Assembly: GCA_030698625.1 (NCBI GenBank)
Contig: JAUYMS010000034.1
Coordinates: forward strand, 2,835-66,834
Direction: 5' to 3'
Length of the DNA: 64,000 nt
Source: Candidatus Omnitrophota bacterium
GTDB lineage: Bacteria; Omnitrophota; Omnitrophia; Omnitrophales; Aquincolibacteriaceae
The notes beneath the pieces were generated by a model. The model saw only the letters and a program-made list of their open reading frames with translations. It searched no databases and had not been told where the DNA came from. Positions 62,801 to 63,965 of this stretch are shown here, piece after piece. A program made the translations under genes and the position numbers. How positions within the stretch are numbered: the stretch's first letter is position 1; each line of letters starts with the position of its first letter.

Positions 62801-63965
62801 GCGCAACCGCAGGCTGCGTTTCGGTCAAATCAAGCAACCGCGTCGCAAAATTCAACACGACACTGCCGGGAGCGTTGGTTCGGGCCAGAGACGTAATCGC
62901 ACCTGCCGTCGCGGAAGCAAGAGTCGGGTTGTTGACAGTCAGACTGCCGAGGCGCAGTGCAGCACTCGTAACGAGCGCCACATCATTATTTGAAACAGCC
63001 GCGATTACGGTCAAGCTGCGCAGTAACGTCCGGGCCGCGTTCACCTGATTCGCTTGATTGGTTGCAATCGCGGCGGAGACAGGCACGACAACGGCATTGA
63101 TCGCTACAGCATTGTTGCCGGTTACCTCGGCAAGCACCGAGATACCGTGCGCAATGTCGACTGCTGCAGCCGAGTCCGTCTTGGCGAGATTGACAATCCC
63201 GCTGGTAAAATTCATGACGGCCGTGCCGTCTAGTCCGGCATCGGCGCTGGCCTGCGCCACAATGGTGATTGCCGCAATCAGAGCATTCTTTGTGCCGTTA
63301 CCCAAGTCAATTGCCGGTATTTCTAGCAGTTGCGTGATCACGGCAATCATGCTGCCGCCGGTGATTTGGAGACTGCTCAGGGCACTGAATGCCTGAGTCA
63401 GGCCGGCAGCGAAATCCAGGCCGCCGCGAGTCGTGATCAGAGTCGAGACCTTGTCTGCAAGCGAAGTGATGGCGCCAGGCTGAACCTGGATACTGGCAGC
63501 TGCCAAGAGGGCATTCGAAAAGAGATCACGCGCCTGCCCGTGGCTGTTCACATCGATTCTGCTGAGGCTGCTCTCTAGCGTTTCCTGCAGGCCGCCTATC
63601 AAGGCCTGAAGATCCTGCACTGTCGTCAGTCCCTGGATATTGCCGATGACTGCGGCCAAGGCCTGTCCGAAAAGAACACCATGCCCCTGCGTCGCCCGAA
63701 TAATCAAATCCATAACCTGGAGGGCATCGGCCGATAGCATGCCTCTCCCCATCATGCCGGTCATCGACATCGCAAGACTGGTTCCAAAAGAGACATCGAT
63801 CGTTTCCTGCACCACAGCCAGCTTATCAATCAGACTCTGAAGTGTCCTTGCCTCGGTACCGGGGGTCGCCGCGGCACCGACCGCCCGCGACAACTCGCTG
63901 GCAAAAACAATATCCTGTCGGCTGGAGATGCGGATCGACGTCAAGCGATCCACGATACTGCGCAC
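29814..63965 (-). CDS. Giant mosaic membrane protein, 11,383 aa in window. The 5' end may extend beyond the right window edge: 63965 is only the first in-window start codon (GTG), and the frame stays open to nt 64000
   Basis: Single uninterrupted ORF in the six-frame track (34,152 nt). In-frame codons upstream of 63965 (...ITNLFANDTPA-V-RSIVD) contain no stop before the window edge, and the N-terminus MRSIVDRL... has no signal peptide. Motif-defined parts are listed as separate features. Confidence 0.85.
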   Translation of the reverse strand: MRSIVDRLTSIRISSRQDIVFASELSRAVGAAATPGTEARTLQSLIDKLAVVQETIDVSFGTSLAMSMTGMMGRGMLSADALQVMDLIIRATQGHGVLFGQALAAVIGNIQGLTTVQDLQALIGGLQETLESSLSRIDVNSHGQARDLFSNALLAAASIQVQPGAITSLADKVSTLITTRGGLDFAAGLTQAFSALSSLQITGGSMIAVITQLLEIPAIDLGNGTKNALIAAITIVAQASADAGLDGTAVMNFTSGIVNLAKTDSAAAVDIAHGISVLAEVTGNNAVAINAVVVPVSAAIATNQANQVNAARTLLRSLTVIAAVSNNDVALVTSAALRLGSLTVNNPTLASATAGAITSLARTNAPGSVVLNFATRLLDLTETQPAVAQSIGSAVTALGNTSASAATQAGFAVDIMTLNDLNATSSELAVTIANAVTAVATANISLDGTTVTNFVNGIVTLAGTDAAAAADIAHGISVLAAATGFNTFAINAIALPVSAMLVSNQTAAARTLVRSLTAIASASNNNATIVTNAALILGSLAVNNPTLALAAAGAITALAGTNVSGGVVLSLATQLLSLSETQPAVARSIADAVTAVVTADAATGASFTTNILRLLGTDAAGFTLAVTISQSVNAIALASGNNAARVTSAALRLSNLSVSNPALASATAGAIASLSAANVAGDTLVNLATRLLDLTETQPAVAQSIGRAVTALGNTSASAATQAGFAAALMTLNETNSAQAVAIADAVTAVAVTNAAAGATFAADILTLLGTDAAGSALALTISESVLAISGVRGVSAATVASFGAQFANLAVTNNAHAVRVAGVVTALVGALAQLGAADAALANQIAGAVIGTLTPVSITGSEISNNLTGETQIFVLNQEDLSSPQFLNQFRNLTANGVALSGLLLTGNTVPILIVSGEANFVRGSEALRNMVQGAGFQIVGFNIGNTNLTDGAIVDASAIPAIAVDIDLVLGGNFALSLWAAQNGNFLGIASEDGRSIQFVQISAEGAAALLAGVSNLTAAEVRAFANILVEAARGGDVVIRNELLQQMLTQSLGLEADAAAAAQIVPVVLNVFAGLLNEVNTGHEAEDRAERVKRAVNFLTALRSADFVRESGLVGATSAEESAALFLSQLLAISVSGTANTAAEATFAELFVNAITNLINMNRLAGRQLNGLVLEQVLAVLAQSLERQGQTRKAALVRAFLAELSNDRAARLAELLGVALSQGVLGSEAARAPPEVNALIEEVLPNLDAAGRSDILLASLGRSLGQVAAQTLLDEFQIEPLKRDRTGQAEQAETERRAATSVGGFGSFFANLLGGIFGTSGKVVGTILDVLTLTKAANLVVNGFIVPIVEEITFRRILPAKLQREQGMTRDEAENEAARQFALAHPDVSRVDSAEFKYYENLAKDFAAAAGSSGILGLGAAIGKHIAHNVSVIIGTAAKGERLASTIELAFGRRLEAIAPGASRLPENGKRALVLLHEQFPGLRFAYITAVSFHAYGRVNGKDLIINWRDASLAKGLNVRDSYVEIGFTVGGSLTRISANASKDSIDFARKLMGAARGLGALGIDVLSTAQRGERVVDEAAGAEKETTGSRRANAYERLLTRAGFERVQDIEGKRDEITRLYRATAAEARPGFLSRLNALAQGVLNALAAIFGSAGRLIGTGLDFISSKPANLLVNGLVVPVAEELYFRVGRPAVLLVQNLRAGHGFRNALLRAFVQANREFAAAHKSADRRAAEEIVKSSGASAVTGAAAQTVSEIINERQLRHKEFAGRMARGVLRAGPLGLLAAIASHIANNLRVLTGRGREGEILQSTVAPSQSVTQRARAARSTVKSALELLGLPDSTAGTVTYTESNYVRAATLLRQAAAVFTELAEETADKAQADKYTIEAQAANRVAEAAVSYSLGRESVEGRGDSTFALAQVQLNHAAGEFDRHAARYAGFGALAVNARSLSQQAAELYLGEGEGAQGVLTEAQDTYAKIVRTVAQAVAYAAADDSGKAEERLRTAKAALKNLQQQLGRLVNRTSGRQKAAARKLSSDLASLSAVINNIERAEARIEWAEGNIDAGDFTRALPYAQGAEADLSDALTLATGLGQNYGQSKDRIQERLDHARTLRARAEAGLKQQEGDASRTASDSAKLLNEARDLEEQAEVKVAFALNFQSMSAVGAAAEFDIAARLFADAQSRYEELGHTADAARVDTAGREARDAASRLRSGAPTIDSAEQQELAARNEAQARAEGRGARVEAPAATGGVRIGNVVQNGAVTEAPEVSSGNLRLSNDEQLGQTYFPIEHIISRDGKYNTADKVFARLQDAGLGPKHKFTIGGKVVYSSDAFSVSKIDGRAAVVLYVVEADGTVNLRLAYKSNSQSEWRVASHLARDAENTEQVTWLGKGHHETQQTLRTGVSDYLDGLEVIDGTTLGDALDAALFIPLSVVDSMVKQAGYAATLADGGQYVAFNHSSNPSEQGVRQEGSAPDFENGILSDQTRYNDAFGGDVRTVLVQSKDGKLIYSFHHNAEYDISWQGHVELADGAITPYGVNDTVVLQAGISAPGIEYPEQAQGANGKPLGLNARFFEGDAAYLYNTGYTHAQPLVQAFRAAIVESASDQSAPAAPVTPGVPDMAAASAQAESLYGEADSHYTLAKDFEFRARRADSRDAGSYYAAAAAEYRLAIQSYRQAAQLYAALGMTKDAADATSRSASTQAELNALPVAEADKTVPVGRAAPAPPIVDEAEAVPPITDFAPPIASGADAFEAPDDGGVVVTPSDSGAVAPSGRTTPSRRARSGSGGSALLEMVKIVAGGIAGLALAALLLVFLDSQGIGQNTGLPESADQIRPFINQIYMVLAGFLALGATYFAFSKLRGFLSRMNLRAVAAVALVLAAGGAATFFLGGVVGAAVAAAVLIAIGLILSTTLQQASLTALTGLWGFIASITAWVKAGESETAQVVRAIAIALGLSAVVFGAAFALIPLTGGFLASLAYFGAFALAAALFGAAVYLIFQTVMATGRVIGRVAQFLWSHRVATGIVLASVAAILGIGLAPALALTVGLYAALGLAAIAGVAAVAAGINWLIRTYGSTITTAITSALSSAGTAVANFYAANAQRIRIAGAALAAGVGLLLGVNAVLGVSLVASAVILIGVTLAIAAVAALVIVAVAYRSEIGEALVFAAVAGAIIGVFTVIAGLSVAYNLLVGLKDLAVRYGPPVGRTLARYGAGAAIAIGIISVIVAALAYEGASNLTELAVKYRRQIGIGLTVVAAGVLAVSAVGLVVGGVINAIATIAIIATLATVIPYAIQIGSLLGLTGDRAGQIILALVLAPFVLAGIGTILGFTLGSVALGLALVFGTVAAVAVVTTLVTLAIVYRQQIAYAFSLAVLMGAAAVALSLLAAQATFDKAVDIAVNYGRRIAIALVTAAVAAAVITSFTLVLGGILPGLVAAVIVSALVAAVLYVSDLFLFTQTITIPAFGETRPEETVLRIPINLRTLLRGFASSLGTAIRNRVASISPTRMLLVMGAAAAVVTALVLGVPALVALAGLIISGAAYTLTGIVLSFLGVALLLGMLGLAGWAISEVIPEGMYRFLTGRVSDQLAVTAGIALALALVFGLTVGVVAAAVLTAIIVAVLITRALAPPVIAVSTRIAAVARALNQAFENGKKGLIEWLAKTIAPAERTGKTLSSRIVDGLRWVLGTLGTQYFNIASVLAIAAGIVMFALLLPVLVPLVGGSMAIAVMLTIALAITAGLVAGGAVILVEWIALRLLVMLFSVPDAIRNGIRSARQDLADRLNRLISADEEAAAEASEPSTAAEIHAAKARARAAKAREHLVKGELTQAARELRAAYRHAGEVLNYAPAAEAVSLHATVLAELGALRVELATAAAAARAAIPVTAADLFVDGADFLNDIDEAFKRDAAARAKAQRLVEAADELLAKIDQLAALQARPRTAQTYRQMQQLRAQILGLYAETQTLQAELGVTANQANQFRAKAAAALSRVDTLDINAVRNNVSKFQELCGGGGCGETSHELAAIRAELAVEDAIRAGDRDALRTALQQQKQAHDAMIEGIKGSSLSEAQKQELADERADRVGHTFENVARSGIEIDADFAADLEALDATCSSCAVNFANRAAKGAPRDEAVHAAIEQVLDVARNRRETAEKEARGPDTERIQKLSASEAAVLSDAEFGVWAASRTADTYTAEQVGTAAELAEALVLRGDLDAARAVVSKLDALHKVTDITELKKTLRGLLKGTRAKALSEANQEFNTKLDAVINAINEQINKAGTRDTTVLDGLNATQAQAEELARGADLDLTKGIRAQGKLRALIAGIRSALKDEKITLQEAQALLAQAYRLGIEVNARVATNAAARAEAEGATIEGAERQLRLAGESLDEARSYLEILLKGGNLTDAELAGLLALVQAARDNLSEGRARLEARRTGIDLDAAPVTDEAIRLTEDDAHAAEDLSRRGASELAVLRALRDQYEAAADSQREAAAKFRGIYSSYLRGEGATYAQVQAARTALEAAVRNTETARNQFQAKYDALTLSFDTTGESNAHLALAGEGVLQEFRSEYVAVTAGDRTLQDHFSELAVRTAALQESLYASLAEGRELSELERREAENVAAHAGAALREGDESSTAAAAAFPVLTADTRGAGTNVLEGVTPTVSGSSLVTIDPATGTIVLDRRALGRVTDVLSARRQLLAELEDVFVSLGIGTDAEGMKRRRLIVTAILLQNRTIARLAALGHAVPNHLRIEILENAPHPADFEFATGTIRLDASLFSGQFSAGELSLLLGFFTGHELHHQELTAAGVAAADQEAIVINGDVERFKTLTPDQRAKLLAALAKLDGFGFLVTLSGSYRLLRDTNRFLNRRDPATRGTTKRSESKAKELEERRQRLHADLTVNRGAEVDERDVRVTASGGFIAKGRLNGQDAVWFFNENGDEVGFRTFAGRDADGLQEIGYSNYGENAQKAFLDNTGHIAGHRVNGFGRELKPGTDLFYLDGKVVVYVEDARTGIAFRAEFDADGNVLSTDEIVLTLDRRADVLESEFDAANGVLARIRAQLIAVDEQVKETESLLAARGSRASKVRLRATLNTLREEAKELLKKAKEAEGEIQKAGKALHDHFVEFREHVIGPQLKAGDELRNPLRQRELQIQNDRLSRRIRSLEGLVGENAKLTPDNPRSIELTDLVEGVEAAKEADAFDSKYLRIEENKDDIASFTERERLLQLKGDDAETSARAKKAIYLEQLAEFDIKVKLLLKALKNGKLSAADFDALPEPLRNRLAGVRDILFDTARSEAEKEAALRTLLRELVEQGKRGLYDDKGSVFLSSQEQAAVDTLNAVHELFNASDSLKQLLAAQLKALGNEYHKAKEIQGREIPNDIVFKFLVAGTIAQRHFNAAFDYSVRGIQLVEGAALIQGILSGIPTAQGKTGTLLFRNILKAFVGPTVAHLLHTEQAVSDDLLNENQAVYAAFGIETYGLKKNKMGRDTFKQAFSNKEQKPRVLYISISDYQFAYLEDQSSAPNDKNLSDDSYILSVDEIDAIFMILMRYINAEGGRSLAKKNVENFGTLLGFAQELVEQDLGIRTESATERTHEKWARTARRLLSRTEPGTLFVLEDSEGTDGRLSLRTTDEFSKKSKELYKKFVQRVESRGGNVQDFFAQLGLDNSNLLLSEEERKQLQNPDKAFEMLLRRSLEILLARRAGKDFGFKVAEDAKGDKIDESGTPVYEVRVMSNEGVSTQRESNFGGTILEAAFQSLVFDNGGVLKVEAESKTSGENDSLVVFEMKTRRFEDGSMDLSGSSGTVLASVKSIPSGSRDQAFIQTEDKAFLKLAAAFKIIASPEDYLNFDTHIRRARFINETKFTTAAEVDRVIADLVADAQKNYRTISRLFFKSPEQAQQAYRKYVKSYIANVKAQAEATLRANQTKLGLTDAEITAMLAELENLLQELSSKWGDATAKPALNNAVRRFFSNLRSRVRTDFDLLTALHGLEDLSLSAGRIYLLDGSQSDYGRKEGKDGGLLRGVVFASNNVSRGTNFVPPFASFSQSVKSGDRDKSVERSLRELLRQAGYSANEQTEQLEKLHHLQRLLLQDALRENLNDKTATVKLSEVLAGYSEAERQKVLDFINGLRSSVGLPVTDELTRDDVMKLLDKFSAETGNAAVAKAQATSGDARTSLLEKLGLESSATPQEIEAAYRTHVAEFFDKFSVSYAYGELGYAVGASRNLFDFEQAVARSGRNEAPGRVGEIYVNEWDVNEIVALGFENLPGTKADAASFALFKKTLAQYFALQQKVEAARAKGRDTTGLERKLDVKRAKLEALLSQARRNTTEATADRILIDHLPGKVEFNARAKESQKFSQFEGEQKNGAVSTTEYLASKGEAAYQQYQNGNTRVQFSVPADKSGSDADASGSQVVQENGQNFDFTYKDGQITGLKVGGVNYQLTDGKTLEIGNERYTVKLNYSRMSVTLTSEKQALNEYVIAGDRQTNGDREIKGFFKSRVERLRLGRKVQGNAQLLQRRLGRFLRGLGYLQEAKRLEAFRGTPAQIQQEYKKVVAGLGSAEDSYFSHRAVTSAVTQLFSDYRTRAQNSGQAAALSWLNGKLRALGWQFAIGREGSLETEVTAENASEVEAKLKAFGYRLVDAARVDDARRYANAQRIDKLNRIRGERTKTTGTPLFTEEGRDHDVAARRAEAYRLRLLAEEAVSEREYIDNLGRALINGAYEHSLKLEEQSEQKRRNLEVRGIHNAESRLENEFVSRIREEISNDKTLSEEAKQTLLADILNQFIADQDTLTDHALKARRAAQVLIAVRESGVPLNVSLKSIIGSEAETAARSVLNSCSSCAVEFRSLGREGSYLGVQGLQAALALGAVRERTVADALDQLKKAHPGLAADVADATAPKDLSKVGRALNRFRGRTGVIGGIAVAGALVAAAVSFFLAPFGVLLVAGIVFGAGLVLSVLPTLSSRLGLNWLIRNTIGRIMDLVGLGSFRARIQEAGAAGFSFLRTLALTGGLAAAFGSLIVAGILFAQVILAGTVLGLLVGVTAGYLGFSALQNRIGKRGAIAVVLLLGLAVIGAGAGAAVLLGLPLIPAILAAIGFNAAALVGNRATKIVATQTVVKGGLGNVLEGNRQAQLKTPAGELKVIRNVQYNNTVESVREYEPIVIRIAEDERAERAAPAVESTETEAGAATSVHTAEDVVIVERTDAGATVTVDTENTSSESTSRALSNAILALRELDRSAVCGGAGDCSDRRITVVIRQPGKPRIRLELNEDERRALIQNPEALLNRVDSLSVGRITSGGINFYGLRERTEAGNDGDLVVRAVYGQTYEQMVAADPMLQQLEQGHTAAAIEVSAELKSLKTQIDVERGKLRWVKADDGGFAFVHVDTFAEIDESVYISSGVVIQAQAKIGRNVRLEANSVVRRGATIKDGDRERPTVIGKNSVVGEGVVVGRRVQIGRNVRLRNREINPDKKKDDKDKFKQRTTIIGDDVTIGDDTTINGSTVLADIGSGYLIEDSYINAEDIEGIDLTQGAGDILSGINTSRLSRRQKESLRPAATLTDAAESGIDTALGQSKAALDRLPAAQRTRLAGVINGIARVRAAASSGDVGATRDALAALNQEVSHAAFTDVPASVRANLRKTNLALRSERRVIYRGALGIRAESYGDFFGAWTSILPERIRVPDTKVARFFFILRMLLRRGAEKVLDSILPDEWTAWYGQNRTDDQIKTEELFEQSLRQERAALAVIVTEGTERGVLDAARLVELRNDAREQVRELRRAKRNETLLKIGKVGLGLGLLGFILFNIGAAVIAGGSLLAMIVVPTVIVVGALAITGIVLFFGTRIKAFFSAAVEKIKFFFTSRVEKTKERLDRIDKEGKITHVTPLRRTLEIGLAAGLLAGGFFLGGAVLVSVSMIVAAVLAALLLISQFRAVRNIETYLLGFARSPLFWLALAGIGALLVFGLPAIATGLGLGFSFPLIGWLVTAFAAVKGALGTAATFALGKTVVGVLGSSYVWYPLVGVGSLVGLYKALSGYYTRSTLFDAEGNAKPPFVGAKFYLSYFFKGILLGLVDRHAEAKWLRSRIAALADDEATSLWTRARIALAPENNPSKETIDKYFALVRDREALNRVKKDQSLQKSVQERYQEKAKDSIQALVRKKKYGPSVLGDYQKYSNFQQNFDYLDKLKENEKDKDKLVQIEQQKKQLEHQLEEWEKDLSCAPACIADFKKTYATQKQSVKFFGEEIFEDLKKAADPLVAFQMEVLTAYKDRLTQIGLADKNTDLNKKDVREKLLSKNPIHTTLGHKEFLELTRKHNLEVADALNLIQGGWHLDEAAEFEAGLAIDSGGTAFKRFNKEVKRFRESSSPEALEERRNSVGFGEVFNEEDFWRDARAYNAALEKIKGEIQIAALMDGGRDPVGLAHKIDKLFEGLSEKITQERKNLADKVKAGESGFRDDETLVSDIDGSMGMGEAIFDHLRLDEKASVAAVIKIGRAVAAIRGVIAEREQEGRGRPSLRDIKSILNKFGVNLDHASDAGFAGLALDPLLQGLFAGVHDGILANDISIDDAFAIARGERTAWTNKLNLISQHLLGEDLFGTGTPLSLENLKRLYEARLAIVEQDALRADEAARLREGLAAILFHEASKLQEDGEERIQKMRRHKDKEDRIPAEQERLKNEVLAKLDAVAAAFPGYGKRIIEFRKRHGIAYTKADLEHFKSEIIRDADAILGNPAAPDEFKDILRVLIDHIRDLPIEIEPAADTPAFVRGGKIFFADWVLDDLLEGRYSGLVSQPDKGLIGYVSQHLLHEVIEYELNDFSEGVHDSYLNPFQRSKNISNFSLRARQLRASGNYVKAERVERMGRIISRVIDEGTVHGRTVASDDPFKMFRDYYAEYVASNFLKFQSREKQDATVQFYRALAMTRGEYVYRDKAAFKERIVNEPLDQDPFTRFLSGDTNAWEAYEEYFSTNVAYRWIFEFEEALQKGQVEEAKRVLDEKKKKSDEQRAKTGEPSISDPTFHYFNNLLAQSRSGRLVGSALEISRSNFERNRDITYTGFALADRERYTVEDNAVDYETKFEEHRRRRRTGDHPNRVADSFNRIRGDVLALVHSDAPDYDRTKHDRVYDRIKHLVPPAHRYQIEQAKATAEQAGLLSATHPDGLDGIKKKVSELGIPEGTSGAERRRLELERRRFLAEDTYRALVYFALQKLIIVSEPDAAKARETLLEVRKAFQDQTNKDLVSRSYDTSAKETRDFLLTRQDPTEDIHFDYQHLESDLEGAELIDRDGILVLKLKEDKFKEFMKRNGKGDSSDGAAIRFGHRAGFGTLVIVPEKKDKTKFPEGLNLRDLAHELGHARSQYLWENRQKQFADLDELLVLSQFPVMRDPLILGQQGMLSEIHSFVHETNGWRNNPSDNDTIYRSDGNLDEKELARHYRRTIIDGLRNYVNQFKLDPKKPEVQALFGKLETIADLLFTLQTRAGLDDAARDEFFRRFTAAVQKSDTLDNLIDGLLGMLSGDTVRAVKSSLGTLEDQAIRELPHLIDDVYEDEDIFYSLTDDKYPGQLKSVDKLRKKYDAIRKKLVSLLDLDIDDEFDRRALPEGIRMLLENVFSFMYTVQDETYENSRQDLETILRGFDPTRPGSEFVAELNDESRSALLARRNAERSSRDFGANLETAIDKVEEDFKKRHPGKTFDRDRERRSLERYHHLLSIGRTPRATPPAGASDEVRRQYQLHEPEVSIAIQDMVLDTIISETTRLEAEAVRLEGEGKAEDAAKVRRRADRLQDYEVKVDANGILYITFKATEGHERDAVTVVGGHMDVRPEIREGPLTTILGKDGVVRTDGTTALGADNRSGVGLALDAFDTVAGEERGEFRLVFTVGEEIGLGSKIADPEFFRDEKRQVVYVTADSQAGHKGFFRKGGSREQKGGKDFFGDKDPGIHTEIFHPDDAKGETIDKTEFAGLGKLVNEEGNKLGVDQAHVFRGVEKVGEGYSERVVTDEYGDFYHVRTHNPDIISFNFGDGGGDAARDGGREHSTDEASTLTHRSTQGEWLNAIVRNITQGRIVDDATASNVKKSFERLDNKIAGFSVTGFRLRNRTRKAQKKAIQAEIEQINAVPVDFNLNSNGKRDERARLLRTLVDRLRDGGVDPSLLAEFLPGTVRSELRVDSKLTAEGIGQIVFDSLIEGSFENDKVRRKFLAGFGADKAVSLSELLTATREFDSEYKEAKKELDVKRKTLNDLRSFEQGRVPKDIQKRAQSVAPDDRQAFLEEEHKALVERLGTKDLDLAEKKINEAEAMVKKNARKKGVIVGDGSLQIIELSDTEDVLDLLTGTDADFAFDVIQRKSDGRKFLVVGLKKSGLKLPAALTESSDFAVIDFVPKSERGRTALNSIQSKIDKLAAQLTGEESIDTEAYTTLKRSVEALKATRDRIAAEYKDVLGEEGNKKAVALAKTIDGLLATLKSEETLDAERTKKRISDRVAGLGSELEKLKSKLLASEPVQDDELPILLAQLLGLNTELDKLSGEVPTAIADAERKKLTAGIKQAQSKATNLATQLDSPADYRVYYDLEKRKAAATAEAANLNKAFEDLQKESYDSEGNFRSFETPEELAVFREELNNFKQQVDRALIEENRELLSPADQTKLQNAQAFLKDTLAATETPESALAYRQRGLDAGILRQLHIDTGQLGDSIYGRKGKAPAEDFDPAEALARTDEYLASVRDVQSRYVPTAETNEQDKEYADFAAPIERALQAHRDVLALIVEEEKLTLDKLRELNVEVGKFKELFERTDLELRSLSADALRERITNLKAIMNRAGIIAESLPQAKRDQEAAANLTFRVVKELLGHYYDEIFASERITVGRLGDIQAELALLIEDAKSLTPVIEAVAEDRRVAKFATDRDEFLAIAKGLNLTITNLLSGKKTLTDVRLDRFFEGLAKRLDGIDEILSGDEISDFQRAAALKDLKEVRERLRAVQSDPKYAKDLKHVGVLIEAGRLLSRVNELSQRSELRYIEDTSTNIEQALSRDLRKKLEVEQVEALQRIFDRTFPDHSELRDLVQGTNGVRISLEEFTGLNADAVAFFQKKQLEDRMQSIMGLNARKLLSVPEDDAVRDLRLWANHEFEHYHITERIDSIYAQLSGQLPQGTKVYDVLHEIFAYTQTLSDLEGILRSELRSEDLSVAQAERYAGLKLKVEFLLRMATGLTLDEIKKGVAADDFEGILLAILGVQAEVGGLTPLQKMLINAPVTQVVNADENFDVFLTGAEFQGAIWTEAAAFYGDAVRVAVTAAQLAGYSALPSAEAGNSTTLVSPDIDVGSALFAQVALGVVEKRWKGLLVKGVPGGVNPDSSLGRRLYRKARRDIEIALAVAMIGVEQVDKYYFFSTGKSKSEGGFGGILTDIDAFAAKLSKDILRDIEVAAAA
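30705..30719 (-). other. HExxH motif 3 (HEFEH) about 300 aa from the C-terminus
   Basis: AVRDLRLWANHEFEHYHITERIDSIYAQL. Confidence 0.2.
33880..34700 (-). other. MH-clan (M42/M20/M28-type) co-catalytic zinc aminopeptidase-like domain
   Basis: ILYITFKATEGHERDAVTVVGGHMDV (His ligand, nt ~34597-34612) ... TTALGADNRSGVGLALDAF (bridging Asp in the G-A-D-N-R-x-G box) ... RLVFTVGEEIGLGS (Glu-Glu catalytic/ligand pair) ... YGDFYHVRTHNPD (C-terminal His). Order and spacing match M42/M20 peptidases (e.g. GxDDRxG / TVQEEVGLRGA). Confidence 0.55.
35994..36008 (-). other. HExxH motif 2 (HELGH) in metalloprotease-like context
   Basis: KFPEGLNLRDLAHELGHARSQYLWENRQKQFADLDELLVL: an Ala-His-Glu-Leu-Gly-His-Ala core with downstream Glu candidates for a third ligand. 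Confidence 0.35.
39930..40690 (-). other. Transmembrane cluster 3 (~8-10 predicted TM helices)
   Basis: LLKIGKVGLGLGLLGFILFNIGAAVIAGGSLLAMIVVPTVIVVGALAITGIVLFF ... LAAGLLAGGFFLGGAVLVSVSMIVAAVLAALLLISQF ... WLALAGIGALLVFGLPAIATGLGLGFSFPLIGWLVTAFAAV. Confidence 0.55.
41470..41870 (-). other. Left-handed beta-helix / hexapeptide-repeat (bactofilin- or acyltransferase-like) block
   Basis: VYISSGVVIQAQAKIGRNVRLEANSVVRRGATIKDGDRERPTVIGKNSVVGEGVVVGRRVQIGRNVRLRN...TTIIGDDVTIGDDTTINGSTVLADIGSGYLIEDSYI shows hexapeptide [LIV]-G-x-x-x-x periodicity across ~130 aa. Confidence 0.45.
42700..43290 (-). other. Transmembrane cluster 2 (~8 predicted TM helices)
   Basis: GVIGGIAVAGALVAAAVSFFLAPFGVLLVAGIVFGAGLVLSVL...AIAVVLLLGLAVIGAGAGAAVLLGLPLIPAILAAIGFNAAALVG. 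Confidence 0.55.
45700..47850 (-). other. SecA-like DEAD motor / SF2-helicase-like ATPase module
   Basis: Four blocks in canonical order: (1) IAQRHFNAAFDYSVRGIQLVEGAALIQGILSGIPTAQGKTGT (nt ~47731-47830) vs SecA [30 protein letters not shown]; (2) VAHLLHTEQAVSDDLLNENQAVYAAFGIETYGL vs SecA [31 protein letters not shown]; (3) SYILSVDEIDAIFMIL (nt ~47391-47402) vs SecA HYALVDEVDSILIDEA; (4) GGLLRGVVFASNNVSRGTNFV (nt ~45901-45918) vs SecA motif V TIATNMAGRGTDIVL. Alignment is by eye, from memory of the E. coli SecA sequence. Confidence 0.4.
49605..49619 (-). other. HExxH motif 1 (HELHH)
   Basis: GQFSAGELSLLLGFFTGHELHHQELTAAG. Motif-level only. Confidence 0.25.
52650..55600 (-). other. Polytopic transmembrane cluster 1 (~950 aa, roughly 25-30 predicted TM helices)
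   Basis: From ALLEMVKIVAGGIAGLALAALLLVF to WIALRLLVMLFSVPDAIRNG the translation is almost entirely A/G/L/V/I stretches of 18-25 residues separated by short polar loops. Confidence 0.6.
58550..58950 (-). other. CPBP-like intramembrane metalloprotease-like module 2 (tandem duplicate of module 1)
   Basis: EELYFR (nt 58890-58907) ... FAAAH ... HIANN in the same order. The flanking sequence is parallel to module 1 (SKPANLLVNGLVVPVAEELYFR vs TKAANLVVNGFIVPIVEEITFRR). Confidence 0.5.
59600..60000 (-). other. CPBP (CAAX protease / Abi, PF02517-like) intramembrane metalloprotease-like module 1
   Basis: All three CPBP motifs occur in canonical order and spacing: EEITFRR (EExxxR, nt 59889-59909), FALAH (FxxxH, 59802-59816), HIAHN (HxxxN, 59670-59684). 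They lie in hydrophobic context (GGFGSFFANLLGGIFG...NLVVNGFIVPIVEEITFRRILP ... SSGILGLGAAIGKHIAHNVSVIIGTAA). Confidence 0.5.
61400..63400 (-). repeat. Intragenic repeat array in the 5' part of gene B (Ala/Thr/Asn/Val-rich protein repeats)
   Basis: Nucleotide blocks 61790-61910 and 62725-62850 are ~90% identical (caaacccggcctgtgtggc.gcgctcgccgacgtatt.ccgagagctgt.ac.gcac.gccgatcgactgcgcaaccgcaggctgcgtttcggtcaaatcaagcaaccgcgtcgcaa), offset 932 bp. A more diverged related copy lies at ~62170-62300. Protein repeats: NNPTLASATAGAITSLARTN...ATRLLDLTETQPAVAQSIG.AVTALGNTSASAATQAGFA occurs 3 times. Confidence 0.75.

Noticed and set aside
61400-63400. Possible CRISPR array suggested by tandem repeats
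   Set aside because: Repeat units are hundreds of nt long, imperfect and in-frame coding. There are no short identical direct repeats with unique spacers and no cas genes.
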